The notes beneath the pieces were generated by a model. The model was not told the origin of the DNA. It saw nothing but the letters and a program-made list of their open reading frames with translations, and made no database searches. Source: an uncultured Clostridia bacterium (lineage in GTDB: Bacteria; Bacillota; Clostridia; UMGS1883; UMGS1540). From it: 64,000 bases of DNA. The position numbers were made by a program, and so were the translations under genes. Shown piece by piece: positions 46,236 to 56,412 of this stretch; positions within the stretch are counted from its first letter, which is position 1; every line of letters begins with the position of its first letter. Location: the NCBI GenBank assembly GCA_937966555.1, contig CALCLY010000036.1, positions 122,116-186,115 on the forward strand. Direction: 5' to 3'.

Positions 46236-47558
46236 ATGCAACCTGTAAAAAAAATTTTTTTATTTTTACTCATTTTCAGCATATTGGTATGCTGTCTTTC
46301 CGGCTGCAAAAAATCGGAACTTGATAAAAACAAGCCCGTTACGCTTACAATGTGGCACGTTTACGGAGAACAAGCGGATTCGCCGATGAATCGGCTTATT
46401 GACGAATTTAACGAGACAGTTGGCATGGAAAAAGGCATTATTATCAATGTCACGGCAATGTCCAACGCCTCCAAAATAGGCGAAAAACTGCTTGACGCAC
46501 ATAATAAGATTCCCGGTTCCGCCGAAATGCCCGACCTTTTCTTTGCACACAAAAGCAACGCGCTGGAGCTTGGAACGGATTGTTTACTTGACTGGAACGA
46601 ATATTTTTCCGAAAAAGAGCTTTCGGCATACGTTCCGGGGTTTTTGGAGGACGGCACGGCAGACGGAAATCTGTCCGTGTTCCCGGTTTCCAAATCCACG
46701 CATCTTTTATTCATCGCCGGAGGTCAGTTTGAACGCTTTTCAGCCGATACGGGCGTTACATATGAAGCACTGTCCACATGGGATGGGTTTTTCGATGCTG
46801 CCGCGAAATATTATGACTGGTCGGGCGGAAAACCGTTCTGCGCTCTTGATTATCCGCTGCGCGCCATTGAGCTTGCGGCTACGGAAAGCGGCGCAGGAAA
46901 TATTTTTGCCGACAACGGATTCTATGACCCGTCAAACGTGATTTTTAAGCAAACCTTCATGAAATTTGCGGATTCGCTTGCAAAAGGGCATATTATGCTT
47001 TCAAATCTCTATTCAAACACACAGGTGATGACAGGCGATGTTGTAGCCGGCATAGGCTCGTCCGCCGCAATTCTTTACTATAATGATACCGTGACATATG
47101 AGGACGGAACGAGTGAGCCGATGGAGCTGGAGATACTGCCTCTGCCCGCTGAAAACGGAAAAAAGCCGTATATCACGCAAGCCGGAGTCGGTCTTTGCGC
47201 ATATAAAACATCAAGTCAAAAAGCAGAGGCTGCAGTGATTTTTGCCAAATGGCTCACCGAGCCGGAGAGAAATCTTGAGTTCGTATGCCAAACAGGTTAT
47301 ATGCCCGTTACAAACGGTGCATTTGACAAAATAGACGACTGCCATTTCAAGACAGCCGATTATGAAAAACTTTATGCAGCCCTAAAAAAAATTAAGGAAA
47401 GCTCGGAGGTTTTATCGGAACAGCAAAGTCCCGAATATTACAGCAGAGTTTACGCATTTTACGATTATTTAAGAAACGAACAGAAACAATTTATATTAAG
47501 CAACACGCCGCCCGAAGCACTTGCCAATGGACTTTGGCAAAAGCTCTGCGAAAAATAG
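46236..47558 (+). CDS. ABC-transporter-type extracellular solute-binding lipoprotein (family 1), orphan (no adjacent permease/ATPase)
   Basis: Lipobox LSGC. SBP_bac_1-like sequence (…VTLTMWHVYGEQ…). The next gene is a regulator, not a permease. Confidence 0.75.
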   Translation: MQPVKKIFLFLLIFSILVCCLSGCKKSELDKNKPVTLTMWHVYGEQADSPMNRLIDEFNETVGMEKGIIINVTAMSNASKIGEKLLDAHNKIPGSAEMPDLFFAHKSNALELGTDCLLDWNEYFSEKELSAYVPGFLEDGTADGNLSVFPVSKSTHLLFIAGGQFERFSADTGVTYEALSTWDGFFDAAAKYYDWSGGKPFCALDYPLRAIELAATESGAGNIFADNGFYDPSNVIFKQTFMKFADSLAKGHIMLSNLYSNTQVMTGDVVAGIGSSAAILYYNDTVTYEDGTSEPMELEILPLPAENGKKPYITQAGVGLCAYKTSSQKAEAAVIFAKWLTEPERNLEFVCQTGYMPVTNGAFDKIDDCHFKTADYEKLYAALKKIKESSEVLSEQQSPEYYSRVYAFYDYLRNEQKQFILSNTPPEALANGLWQKLCEK

Positions 47559-47571
47559 ACGGGGGATTATT

Positions 47572-49176
47572 ATGCAAATATCGGTAAGAAACAAAAGACA
47601 ATCTATGCAAAAAAAGCTGTTTGGATATATGTTTATCCTGGCTATCGTTTTATTGCTTATATTTGCGGCTTTTCTTTTCCTGTTCGGACGTTTTTCGACA
47701 ACCGAGGATAAAATATCGGATATATTAAGCCTTCAGATTGAGTTTTTCGACCGTGAAATGACGGCTTACTACAATAATATTACCTTGCGCGGCGCACAGC
47801 TTTCCGAAAAAGCCGCGCAGCTTACCGAGCAATATCTCAATTCGGAAAATACAGATTTTGGCGGCGTTCAAAATTCTTCTTTGCATATCAACGCTCTTGA
47901 GGAACGCTATATTGATTTATTGAAGAACGAGCTTTTAAAGGCAAGCTGTTCCGGCGCTTTTATTCTGATTAACGCATCTCAAACCGGCGAAAGCGGTTCA
48001 AAAGCAGGCGTGTACCTTAATCAGGATCTGTTCGGAACAACGGACAAGGAAACAATGCTTCTTTACAGGGGAAATGTGAAGGCTGCAATAAACAAAGGCA
48101 TTATGCCTCACCGAAAATGGCATTTGGAATTTGACACCGGGGGATTCCCAAATTTTGAAGAAGTTCTTTCGGATACCGCCGAGCCGATTGAAAAAGCCTC
48201 TCACATTTGTAATATTATAATGCTTCCCGGAACGTCGGAGCATGTTATGCTTGTAGCGCTTCCTATCAGAGGCGACGGCGGCCGCGTTTACGGCATCTGC
48301 GGCTTTGAAGTAAACGAAAGCGTTTTTAAGTCCGCACACGCACAGCCGTCCACGCTTCCGCACATAACCTGCATATTCTCCCGCTCGGACGATAAAGAAA
48401 TCAATATCAAAGAGGGATTAAGCTGCGGAGCAAAAAACGGATATTTTCTTGCACCTAAGGATTCCCTCAAAATCAAGCCGCTGAAAAAGGGTCTTGTCGC
48501 TTTAAAAAATGAATACGGCGCATATATTGGCATGACGAGAAACACAACTCTTTATTCCGAAAACACACCTTATTCGATTACGGTTATGATGCCGTATGCG
48601 GATTATTCCGAGCTGGAAACGAAAAACACCATACAGCTTATACTCATAATTCTGATTTTGGGATTTGCTGTTTTAAGCCTTAGCCTGTATTTTTCAAAAC
48701 GATTTATCCTTCCGATAAAAAAATCGCTTGACAAAATAAAGCAATCCGAAAAGACATATTCCGACGAAAGTCAAAGCGGTATTATGGAAATTGACGACCT
48801 TTTTGCATTTCTTGCCGGAAAGGATAACGAATATCAAAAAATCTTCGATGAGCATTCCGAAAAAAACGAGAGTCTGCAAAGCGAGATTGAACGCATCAGA
48901 ACCGAAAACAAGCGTCTGATGAAAGAGCATAAAAATATCATCATACAGGATGATTATGATCATTTCTGTTCTGGTTTACGCAGCCTTACTCCCAAGGAGA
49001 GAACAATATTTGACCTCTATCTGGAGGGAAAAACCGTTCCTGAAATTTTACAGATTGCAAAAGTTAAAGAGAGTACACTTAAATACCATAACGGCAATAT
49101 TTACAGCAAGCTCGGCGTTTCCTCAAAAAAGCAGCTTCTTAATTTTGCGGCACTGTATGCACAGGAAAAAAAATAA
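47572..49176 (+). CDS. membrane-anchored transcriptional regulator: two TM segments flanking an extracytoplasmic sensor domain, coiled coil, C-terminal LuxR/GerE-type HTH
   Basis: ATG at 47572 (GGGGGA RBS). TM LFGYMFILAIVLLLIFAAFLFLF and IQLILIILILGFAVLSLSLYF. C-terminal LTPKERTIFDLYLEGKTVPEILQIAKVKESTLKYHNGNIYSKLGV. Confidence 0.6.
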   Translation: MQISVRNKRQSMQKKLFGYMFILAIVLLLIFAAFLFLFGRFSTTEDKISDILSLQIEFFDREMTAYYNNITLRGAQLSEKAAQLTEQYLNSENTDFGGVQNSSLHINALEERYIDLLKNELLKASCSGAFILINASQTGESGSKAGVYLNQDLFGTTDKETMLLYRGNVKAAINKGIMPHRKWHLEFDTGGFPNFEEVLSDTAEPIEKASHICNIIMLPGTSEHVMLVALPIRGDGGRVYGICGFEVNESVFKSAHAQPSTLPHITCIFSRSDDKEINIKEGLSCGAKNGYFLAPKDSLKIKPLKKGLVALKNEYGAYIGMTRNTTLYSENTPYSITVMMPYADYSELETKNTIQLILIILILGFAVLSLSLYFSKRFILPIKKSLDKIKQSEKTYSDESQSGIMEIDDLFAFLAGKDNEYQKIFDEHSEKNESLQSEIERIRTENKRLMKEHKNIIIQDDYDHFCSGLRSLTPKERTIFDLYLEGKTVPEILQIAKVKESTLKYHNGNIYSKLGVSSKKQLLNFAALYAQEKK

Positions 49177-49185
49177 CAGAGCCAC

Positions 49186-49232
49186 ACAGCAGAGAATAAT
49201 TCTCGGTTGTGTGGTTCTTTCATACAGACAGC
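49186..49232 (+). terminator. long imperfect hairpin (AGAGCCACACAGCAGAGAAT/ATTCTCGGTTGTGTGGTTCT) followed by TTTC; putative terminator of the regulator gene
   Basis: Read directly from the sequence 10 nt after the stop codon. Confidence 0.45.
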
Positions 49233-49460
49233 GAAAGGCATATAGAAATGCTCCCCGCTGTCTTATGTTTTTAATAGCACCTCGGTCTTGCCGCAAAGCT
49301 CGCAAATACTGTTCGTTTCATTGAAATTCCTCTGTTTCAGTAGTTTATTTTCGGTATCTTTATTGTATCATCATATAAAAAGACCGTCAAAAAATTTTCT
49401 GAAACGAAAAAGACAACCCGTACAGGTTGCCTTAAAAGCCTGTTATAAAAACAGAAACTG

Positions 49461-49838
49461 TCAGCTTTTTTTCTTATGAGTTTTTAGTGCTGTTGCATCG
49501 TAACTCATATCCAAAAGCATTTTTATTGTATCATCATTTACACTTTTATCAAGTGCAACAGTAATCCAGCTTTCTTTATTCATATGATATGCAGGAAAAA
49601 ACCCTGCTTCCTTTAATAAAGAGCCAATCAGCAAAGGATCGCACTTGAAATTTACCACATCAATTATATCCGTTCCCGGCAATCCGAGTTTATTTTTAGG
49701 TATATCCATAATCAAAGCAAACCACTTACGGTTATTGCTATGCCGAAACACTTCGTAATTCGGATATTTAAGCCACGGATAATCTGATTCAGCGTTATAG
49801 TTTTCATTGATAAACTGTTCCAAATCATCACGGTTCAT
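49461..49838 (-). CDS. MmcQ/YjbR-family DNA-binding protein
   Basis: 125 aa with N-terminal …YPWLKYPNYEVFRHSNNRKWFALIM…, typical of the MmcQ/YjbR fold. Confidence 0.55.
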   Translation of the reverse strand: MNRDDLEQFINENYNAESDYPWLKYPNYEVFRHSNNRKWFALIMDIPKNKLGLPGTDIIDVVNFKCDPLLIGSLLKEAGFFPAYHMNKESWITVALDKSVNDDTIKMLLDMSYDATALKTHKKKS

Positions 49839-50126
49839 ATTGTTTCACCTACATATTCACATTTATCTTGCAAATATTATACCACAGAAACAGCGAGAAA
49901 GCAATGTTTCCGACTGCTTTCTCCCATTTGCACAAAGGTTTATTTTACCCAAGTTTCAGTGTTGTTTGCCGTGTTTACGCGCGAATACGCCGACATGATA
50001 GGCGCCGATTGCTATGCGCCCGATGCGCTTGCAACGGTTAATTACGCAAAGAAAGTGTTCGGAAGGTAATTATATTGAGTGTTTTCTGATTGTCTTCTGC
50101 TTAAAACGCAAGGTCTTTTGATAGAT

Positions 50127-51110
50127 TTAACGCACATAACTGCCGTTGCAGATAAACTCGTATTTACATTCAATATTGCAGGTTGCAAAATCGCGGGGAC
50201 AATTTCTCACTTCCTTAACGGCTCTTTTAAATTCGGTAGGAGTCATATGTATATATTTTCTGAAAACATCCCGAAAATGTTTTATATCTGAATATCCGAC
50301 GCTTTCCGCCACCGATTCGAGATTCAGAGGCGTTTCGGAAAAAAGAATACAGCTTTGAAAAATGCGCAGTTTCTGAATGTATTCGTGAAACTGCACCCCC
50401 GTTTTATGTGCAAATTCGCGCGAAAGCGCGGAAACGCTTATATTTAATGAATTTGCAATGTCCGAGAGAGAAATATTTTCCGAATAATTCTCATTTACAT
50501 AGTGTATAACGTAATTTATATGGTCATTGTCATCCGTGGTGTGTCTGCCTAAATATGTTTTTAAAATTTTTATCAAAATCAACGATAAAATGCATTTTAT
50601 TGCTTTTTTTGAAGTCACATCGGCGTCTTCGAATTCTTTGAGCATTTCTTCAAACATATATAAAACAGTCTTGTTTTCGTTATCGTGATAAATATATTCA
50701 TCAGTTAAATTGTGAGATCCGACAGGGGTGTAAAAGCAGTTCTGCATAAGCTCCTTCAGCGATGTTTTATATGTTAATCGGCTGTCAAGAAAGCCGGAGT
50801 GAAATGTGCATATAATCATATCAAGCTTTTCTTTTACATTTTGGAAGCTGTGTCTGCTGTTGCTTATAATGAAAAAATCACCGGCTTTAATCTTAAATAC
50901 TTTATCGTTAATTATTTGTTCCGCCTCGCCGGATATAATATAAGACAGCTCATATACTTGATTGTGAACATGACAATTTGTATTGTAATGCGAAGCTCTG
51001 TAGACACGCAGTGTGGAATTTGTAATATTAAAAAAAGGCGATTTCAACTCAGGCACAACAAAATACCCCCCTAATTCTAAAAATGTTCCTTCTTGTAAAG
51101 ATTGTATCAT
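50127..51110 (-). CDS. AraC-family transcriptional regulator (cupin N-domain + AraC HTH) with short Cys-containing C-terminal tail
   Basis: The HTH region …ISLSDIANSLNISVSALSREFAHKTGVQFHEYIQKLRIFQSC…TEFKRAVKE is canonical AraC. Confidence 0.8.
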   Translation of the reverse strand: MIQSLQEGTFLELGGYFVVPELKSPFFNITNSTLRVYRASHYNTNCHVHNQVYELSYIISGEAEQIINDKVFKIKAGDFFIISNSRHSFQNVKEKLDMIICTFHSGFLDSRLTYKTSLKELMQNCFYTPVGSHNLTDEYIYHDNENKTVLYMFEEMLKEFEDADVTSKKAIKCILSLILIKILKTYLGRHTTDDNDHINYVIHYVNENYSENISLSDIANSLNISVSALSREFAHKTGVQFHEYIQKLRIFQSCILFSETPLNLESVAESVGYSDIKHFRDVFRKYIHMTPTEFKRAVKEVRNCPRDFATCNIECKYEFICNGSYVR

Positions 51111-51412
51111 AATGTTATAATTAAATCAAGATATATTTAATATATTGACATGGTTTTGGTTAAAAAATAAGTTTTTAATTATGATTACAATTACTTTTTG
51201 AGTATTTTAATACCGTGGATGATAATAAGCCGGTCTGCTTTAAAGACAAATTATTTATATTGTTTTCATTCTGCTGATTATTTTTCTGCAAATATATCCC
51301 CTGTTTTTTTAGAAGACGGCAGGGAATATGGGAGGTGCGGTATCAAATGGTTAATTTGTAAAAAACAAAAGAACTCGGTCGGTATTAATTTTTTTGAAAG
51401 GATGTATTTTTT

Positions 51413-52915
51413 ATGAAAAAGATTTTATTGGCAGTATTTACGGCGGTGATTTGCATAACAACATCGGTAACGCCGATATGCGCAGCCAAAAATGAGGGCG
51501 TGAATGTACACGCCGTACATTATTATCAGAATGAAAAAGAAATCACAAAGCTGACGGAAAGCGGAGAAATTAACTGCAAGGTGGAATTTACTCCCGGCAG
51601 AGAATGGAGGGACAATTCCTTATGTATTATTCACGCTGCATATCGCGGAAATGTTTTGTCGGATGTATCGTTTGATAAGCTGACGGCTTTTTCACCCGAT
51701 TACGGCGCGGTAGACTATTATCGGACCGCGACGTCGGGACTGCCCGTGTCCGACGAGACAACTGAAGTGGCATCTTTTGTGTGGAGCGCAGACTATAAAC
51801 CGTTTGTAAAGGCAAAAACAATAAAAAAAGCTGCTTCAAACGATACAAGGATTTATTCGGCAGTCGTAACAATAGGAGAAAAAACTTACGAAGCGGATAT
51901 TGACAACACAAATAAAACGGTTACATTCAATGTTGACAGAATAATATATGAATCAAGCAAAAGCGTTGTATACGAAGTAAGTGATGAAATCTATAACAGT
52001 AATATAACTGCCCTTGCGCCATCCTTTGTATTGGGAGAGGGCGCCGATATTGCCGACAGGGAAGTGCCGCGAGATTTTACGGCGCCGCAGACATATACCG
52101 TTACGGCCGAGGACGGCAGCTCCGAAGAATATTTAGTTCTGATTGAGACCGTAGGAGTATATTACGATTATTGTTTTGACGCAAAAGAGGGCGATCCAAA
52201 CACTGAAATAGGCATAAGAAGAGGTGTTCCCGGCAGTGCTTTTTCGGTAAGCGGAGCAGATGTGACAAAGCTTGCCGATGATCCCGATACCGCAAATCAC
52301 AGCGGCGAAAAGGCTTACAGAATAAGCAAAACGGGAAATGAAAGCTGCAATATTGCATACAGCGGCAATCCGAACCTTCCGAAATGGAGCCCTCTTAAAG
52401 TGATTTGCGACTATGATGTGTATTTTAACTCCATTGACGCGGCACAGTTTTTTGTAGCCTTCCCCGTCGATGCGACAAGAAACGTTAAACCGACCTTTTA
52501 TTTTGCGAAAAGCAATACGGAAGGCTATGTTGACATTATTCCCACAAGACATTCAAGAACAAATCTTCCGAATGCGGGCACGGCAAGAAACTGGGTAACG
52601 GTTTGCAAAATTCCTTTGAATACATGGACAAATATCAGAATGATTTTTACAAATACGCAGGACGGCACATATACGGACGCAAGCGGAGAAACCAAACCGA
52701 TTTACAAAAAAGGTTATTCGCTTTATATTAACAACGAGCATGTGTACAGCGGAATGCTTGATATTGATCCCGACATGACAAATTTTGATTCATGGCAGAA
52801 TGATGCGATAAGACAGCTTGGTTTTTCTTTAAACAGCAATTTTATGGGCTCGGGCTCGGCAAGCGCAAAATTTGACATTTACTTTAAAAACATGTCATTA
52901 CTGTTTACAAAATAA
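51413..52915 (+). CDS. secreted hypothetical protein (500 aa)
   Basis: Signal peptide MKKILLAVFTAVICITTSVTPICAA. No family recognised. Confidence 0.45.
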   Translation: MKKILLAVFTAVICITTSVTPICAAKNEGVNVHAVHYYQNEKEITKLTESGEINCKVEFTPGREWRDNSLCIIHAAYRGNVLSDVSFDKLTAFSPDYGAVDYYRTATSGLPVSDETTEVASFVWSADYKPFVKAKTIKKAASNDTRIYSAVVTIGEKTYEADIDNTNKTVTFNVDRIIYESSKSVVYEVSDEIYNSNITALAPSFVLGEGADIADREVPRDFTAPQTYTVTAEDGSSEEYLVLIETVGVYYDYCFDAKEGDPNTEIGIRRGVPGSAFSVSGADVTKLADDPDTANHSGEKAYRISKTGNESCNIAYSGNPNLPKWSPLKVICDYDVYFNSIDAAQFFVAFPVDATRNVKPTFYFAKSNTEGYVDIIPTRHSRTNLPNAGTARNWVTVCKIPLNTWTNIRMIFTNTQDGTYTDASGETKPIYKKGYSLYINNEHVYSGMLDIDPDMTNFDSWQNDAIRQLGFSLNSNFMGSGSASAKFDIYFKNMSLLFTK

Positions 52916-52930
52916 AAAGGGGGCATACCG

Positions 52931-55267
52931 ATGACCGGATTTTTAAAAAAATTATTGGTAATTTTATTATCGGCAGCATTATTTATTCCATTCGGAAGCG
53001 GAAACAAAGCATTTGCGGAGGATGACGTTTCCGTGTATATCGATTATGTAAAGCTTGAAACGGACCAGCCGGCGATTATACTTAATTCCCGGACGATGGT
53101 GCCTCTCCGCGGGATTTTTGAGGCAATTAAGGCAAAGGTTACGTGGGATGACGAAACAAGAACGGTAACGGCTGTACGACGTGATACAACGGTAAAGCTT
53201 GAAATAGGCAAGAATATCGCTTTTATAAACGATAATGAATGCGTACTTGATGCTGTGCCCGTTATCCAAAACGGCAGAACACTTGTTCCGCTTCGTTTTA
53301 TAAGCGAGGCATTCGGCTTTGATGTTGGCTGGGACGCGGAAAGCAAAAAAGCAACGGTATATTATAAGACCACAAAGGAAATTCAGGAGGCTCTGAATGA
53401 ATATACGGAGTATATGCACAGCTTTAAAAGACTGCAATGGCTTGCGTCGCTGTACGATACGGAATCGGGCGGGTTTTATTATGCGGTAAGCTCAAGAGAC
53501 AACTATCCTTTTCTGCCCGATTTGGAAAGCACTTATCAGGCCTGCAGTCTGCTTGTAAACATGGGAGTCTTTAAAGATTTTGAGGATATGAAGGCAAGGC
53601 TGCCCAAGGAATTTTCCGAAAAAATGGTAAATTTTGCACGTGAAATGCAAAGTGAGGATGACGGATACTTTTATCATCCGCAATGGGGTAAGGATATTTC
53701 CGTTTCCAGACAGGGGCGTGATTTGGGACACGCAAAGAATATAATAAAAAAATTCGGTAACGGTGAGTTCAAATATCCTCTTCCCGAAGAAAGAAAAAAC
53801 CCTCAGGAAGCAAATAAAGCCGCGGCAGATAATTTAAAGTCCGGCGCCGAAGAATTTCTCAAAAGCGAAGAAAACTTTAAAGATTGGCTTCAAAATACAC
53901 TTTTGTGGGATACGGCACAGCATTGCTATGAGTCGTCAAATACGCTTGCGGCAACATATCAAAATATAAAAGCCGCAGGCTACTCTGACATAGCAATTGA
54001 TTTTTTAAAGTCAATTCAGAATCAGCAAACAGGTCTTTGGGGATCGGAAACGGGCAAGGATCTCACGACAATTAACAGTGACGCGGCAATGAAGGCTTGT
54101 CTTTGTTTTTATTATGCAAAGGTGCCTGTTCCGTTTTTTGAGAAAATATTTGACAGTGTGATGTATATTATCGAAAACTGCTCGCCGCGTTCAACGTCAA
54201 GCATGTATAATACATGGACGACGCTGACTGTCGCAAGAATGTCTTTGAGCTCTGACAGTGACGACTATTTGAAAAATGAAACATTTAAAAGTGTTTTGAA
54301 AAAGGTTCCGAAGCTGATTAGAAGCACCATGGAAAAAAACGAGGTGTTTGTCAAAGACGACGGCGGCTGCTCATACCTGCCCGACAAATCCTCTGCAGCC
54401 AGCCAGCAAGCAAGCGTTGGACTCGGTCTTGCCGAAGGGGATGTAAACGGCACAGGAACATGGTACAACGGCAGGCTGCAGGTATTTTATTTCCTAAACA
54501 TGGACGGTATTGAAATTCCGCCTGTATATACAGAGGAAGACAGGGACGCGTTTATAGAGCTTATAAAAAATGCAAAGCCTGTTCAGAAGAAAGGCGGAGT
54601 TCCTGCGGAAAAAAGCCTTACCCTGTCAAACGGCAGAACAATTGATTTTGAAGCTTATAAAATAGGCGAAGCCATTGATGACAATGCGCTCTATTCTCCG
54701 CTTGTAGCAGACAAAAGCAGTCTTGTCGAAATAAGCAAGGACCCTTATAACAAGAAAAACAAATGCCTGAAAATTTCACGGGTTCCGTCGGCAAAAACAT
54801 CAATAGAATTTAAAATCAATAATAAAAGCACCGTTAAACAGATATCCTTGGAGTACGATTTGATGATAGACGAATACAGCAATAACGGCGGAAAACCATT
54901 CTGGCTGTATCTTTCACCGTGTCAAAACTGGATTTACGATGCGAGAAATGACGGATTTACCCTCATTCAAAGAAATTGCGTTTCTCCGGAAAAGCTTACC
55001 GAAAAATTCGGCTTGATGGATTTCAGCGATTGGACACATTTTAAAATAGTCTATGAAGAGACGGATGAAACGGAAAGCGGCACGTGGGTTACATATTACA
55101 TTAACGGCAAAGAGGTGTATAAATCCGACGGTTATTTGGCGGAAAGCGACACTTCAACTACCAAACGCCTGCCGTCAAAGGTTACGCGTTTTACGGTAAC
55201 GGCGTCACCTCAATCAAAGGATGATGCGGTTCTGTACTTAGACAATATAAAGATTGAAACAAAATAG
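52931..55267 (+). CDS. secreted protein with two copper-amine-oxidase N-terminal-like (stalk) domains followed by an alpha/alpha-toroid-like and a lectin-like domain (possible polysaccharide-active enzyme)
   Basis: Signal peptide. Duplicated motif (…NSRTMVPLRGIFEAIKAKVTWDDETRTVT… / …NGRTLVPLRFISEAFGFDVGWDAESKKATV…). Confidence 0.5.
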   Translation: MTGFLKKLLVILLSAALFIPFGSGNKAFAEDDVSVYIDYVKLETDQPAIILNSRTMVPLRGIFEAIKAKVTWDDETRTVTAVRRDTTVKLEIGKNIAFINDNECVLDAVPVIQNGRTLVPLRFISEAFGFDVGWDAESKKATVYYKTTKEIQEALNEYTEYMHSFKRLQWLASLYDTESGGFYYAVSSRDNYPFLPDLESTYQACSLLVNMGVFKDFEDMKARLPKEFSEKMVNFAREMQSEDDGYFYHPQWGKDISVSRQGRDLGHAKNIIKKFGNGEFKYPLPEERKNPQEANKAAADNLKSGAEEFLKSEENFKDWLQNTLLWDTAQHCYESSNTLAATYQNIKAAGYSDIAIDFLKSIQNQQTGLWGSETGKDLTTINSDAAMKACLCFYYAKVPVPFFEKIFDSVMYIIENCSPRSTSSMYNTWTTLTVARMSLSSDSDDYLKNETFKSVLKKVPKLIRSTMEKNEVFVKDDGGCSYLPDKSSAASQQASVGLGLAEGDVNGTGTWYNGRLQVFYFLNMDGIEIPPVYTEEDRDAFIELIKNAKPVQKKGGVPAEKSLTLSNGRTIDFEAYKIGEAIDDNALYSPLVADKSSLVEISKDPYNKKNKCLKISRVPSAKTSIEFKINNKSTVKQISLEYDLMIDEYSNNGGKPFWLYLSPCQNWIYDARNDGFTLIQRNCVSPEKLTEKFGLMDFSDWTHFKIVYEETDETESGTWVTYYINGKEVYKSDGYLAESDTSTTKRLPSKVTRFTVTASPQSKDDAVLYLDNIKIETK

Positions 55268-55281
55268 AAGGGATACATAAA

Positions 55282-56340
55282 ATGAACAACAAGACAGTAA
55301 ATTTTGCCTTAATCGGCACAGGAGTAATAGGAAAAAATTATTTAAGATCGGTAAAAACTATCAATAATGCGGCAATCACAGCCGTTTGCGATACAAACGA
55401 GACTGCGCTGAAGGAGGCAATTTCAGGAACGCCCGGGATGTTCGGCACAACGGATTACAGAAAACTTTTAGAAAAAAGCGATATAGACGCTGTTATAGTT
55501 GCGACAAACGACCAGTCGCACAGAATGATTACGGTGGATGCATTAAAGGCGGGAAAACATGTGTTGTGCGAAAAACCCATGGCGTTGACGGACGAGGATT
55601 GCAGAGCGATGCTCGAGGCTGAGCGTAAAACAAAGGCAAAGCTTATGATAGGTCAGGTTTGCAGGTATACGCCGTCTTTTAAAAAAGCAAAGGAACTTGT
55701 TGAAAAAGGCGAAATCGGAGATTTGTTTTTTGTTGAAAGCGAATACGCACATGACTATTCCAAAATTCCCGGAATGAAGGGATGGAGAACGGATGAGGTG
55801 AATCTGAGAAATCCCGTCACGGGCGGCGGCTGTCATGCTGTTGATTTGCTGAGGTGGATTGCGGGAAACCCGACTGAGGTTTGCGCATATGCCAACAGAA
55901 AATCATTAACAGATTGGCCTGTGGACGATTGTACTGTTGCGATTATGAAATTCCCGAATAATGTTATAGGTAAGGTATTGACATCAATCGGCTGCCAGAG
56001 AGGCTATACTATGAGAACATGTCTTTACGGTACAAAAGGAACAATAATTGTCGAAAACCAGAAACCGCAGTTTACTGTTTTCAAAACAGAGTTTTGCGGC
56101 TGTGACCATGCATTTGACAGCAGTATGAAGGCTATTGAAATGAAGATTCCCGTGCAGGTTAACAATCACAATCTTGCGGCCGAGGTGAAAGAATTTGCCG
56201 AATGTATCGCAGAGGACAGACCTGTTGTAACGGACGGTGTGGAGGGAGCTACAACTGTTGCGGTCTGCAATGCTATTGTAAATTCGGCAAACAGCGGAGA
56301 AAAAGCGGAACCTGATTACTCCTTTTTTCAAAAAAAATAA
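55282..56340 (+). CDS. Gfo/Idh/MocA-family NAD(P)-dependent oxidoreductase
   Basis: Rossmann fold (FALIGTGVIGKNY) and EKPMAL motif. Confidence 0.85.
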   Translation: MNNKTVNFALIGTGVIGKNYLRSVKTINNAAITAVCDTNETALKEAISGTPGMFGTTDYRKLLEKSDIDAVIVATNDQSHRMITVDALKAGKHVLCEKPMALTDEDCRAMLEAERKTKAKLMIGQVCRYTPSFKKAKELVEKGEIGDLFFVESEYAHDYSKIPGMKGWRTDEVNLRNPVTGGGCHAVDLLRWIAGNPTEVCAYANRKSLTDWPVDDCTVAIMKFPNNVIGKVLTSIGCQRGYTMRTCLYGTKGTIIVENQKPQFTVFKTEFCGCDHAFDSSMKAIEMKIPVQVNNHNLAAEVKEFAECIAEDRPVVTDGVEGATTVAVCNAIVNSANSGEKAEPDYSFFQKK

Positions 56341-56355
56341 TAATAATTAAAAAAA

Positions 56356-56398
56356 CAGCGGGTTTGTATCAATTTTTTTATTTGATACAAACCCGCTG
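56356..56398. terminator. perfect 19-bp inverted repeat (CAGCGGGTTTGTATCAAAT t6 ATTTGATACAAACCCGCTG) flanked by an A-run; putative (bidirectional) terminator
   Basis: Read directly. It lies 15 nt after the stop of the oxidoreductase gene. Confidence 0.5.
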
Positions 56399-56412
56399 TG
56401 AGGACTGAGTAA

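Noticed and set aside
56356-56398. 19-bp perfect palindrome as a possible transposon inverted repeat or protein-binding palindrome
   Set aside because: It is a single copy between two co-oriented genes with flanking A/T runs. It is most simply a terminator hairpin.
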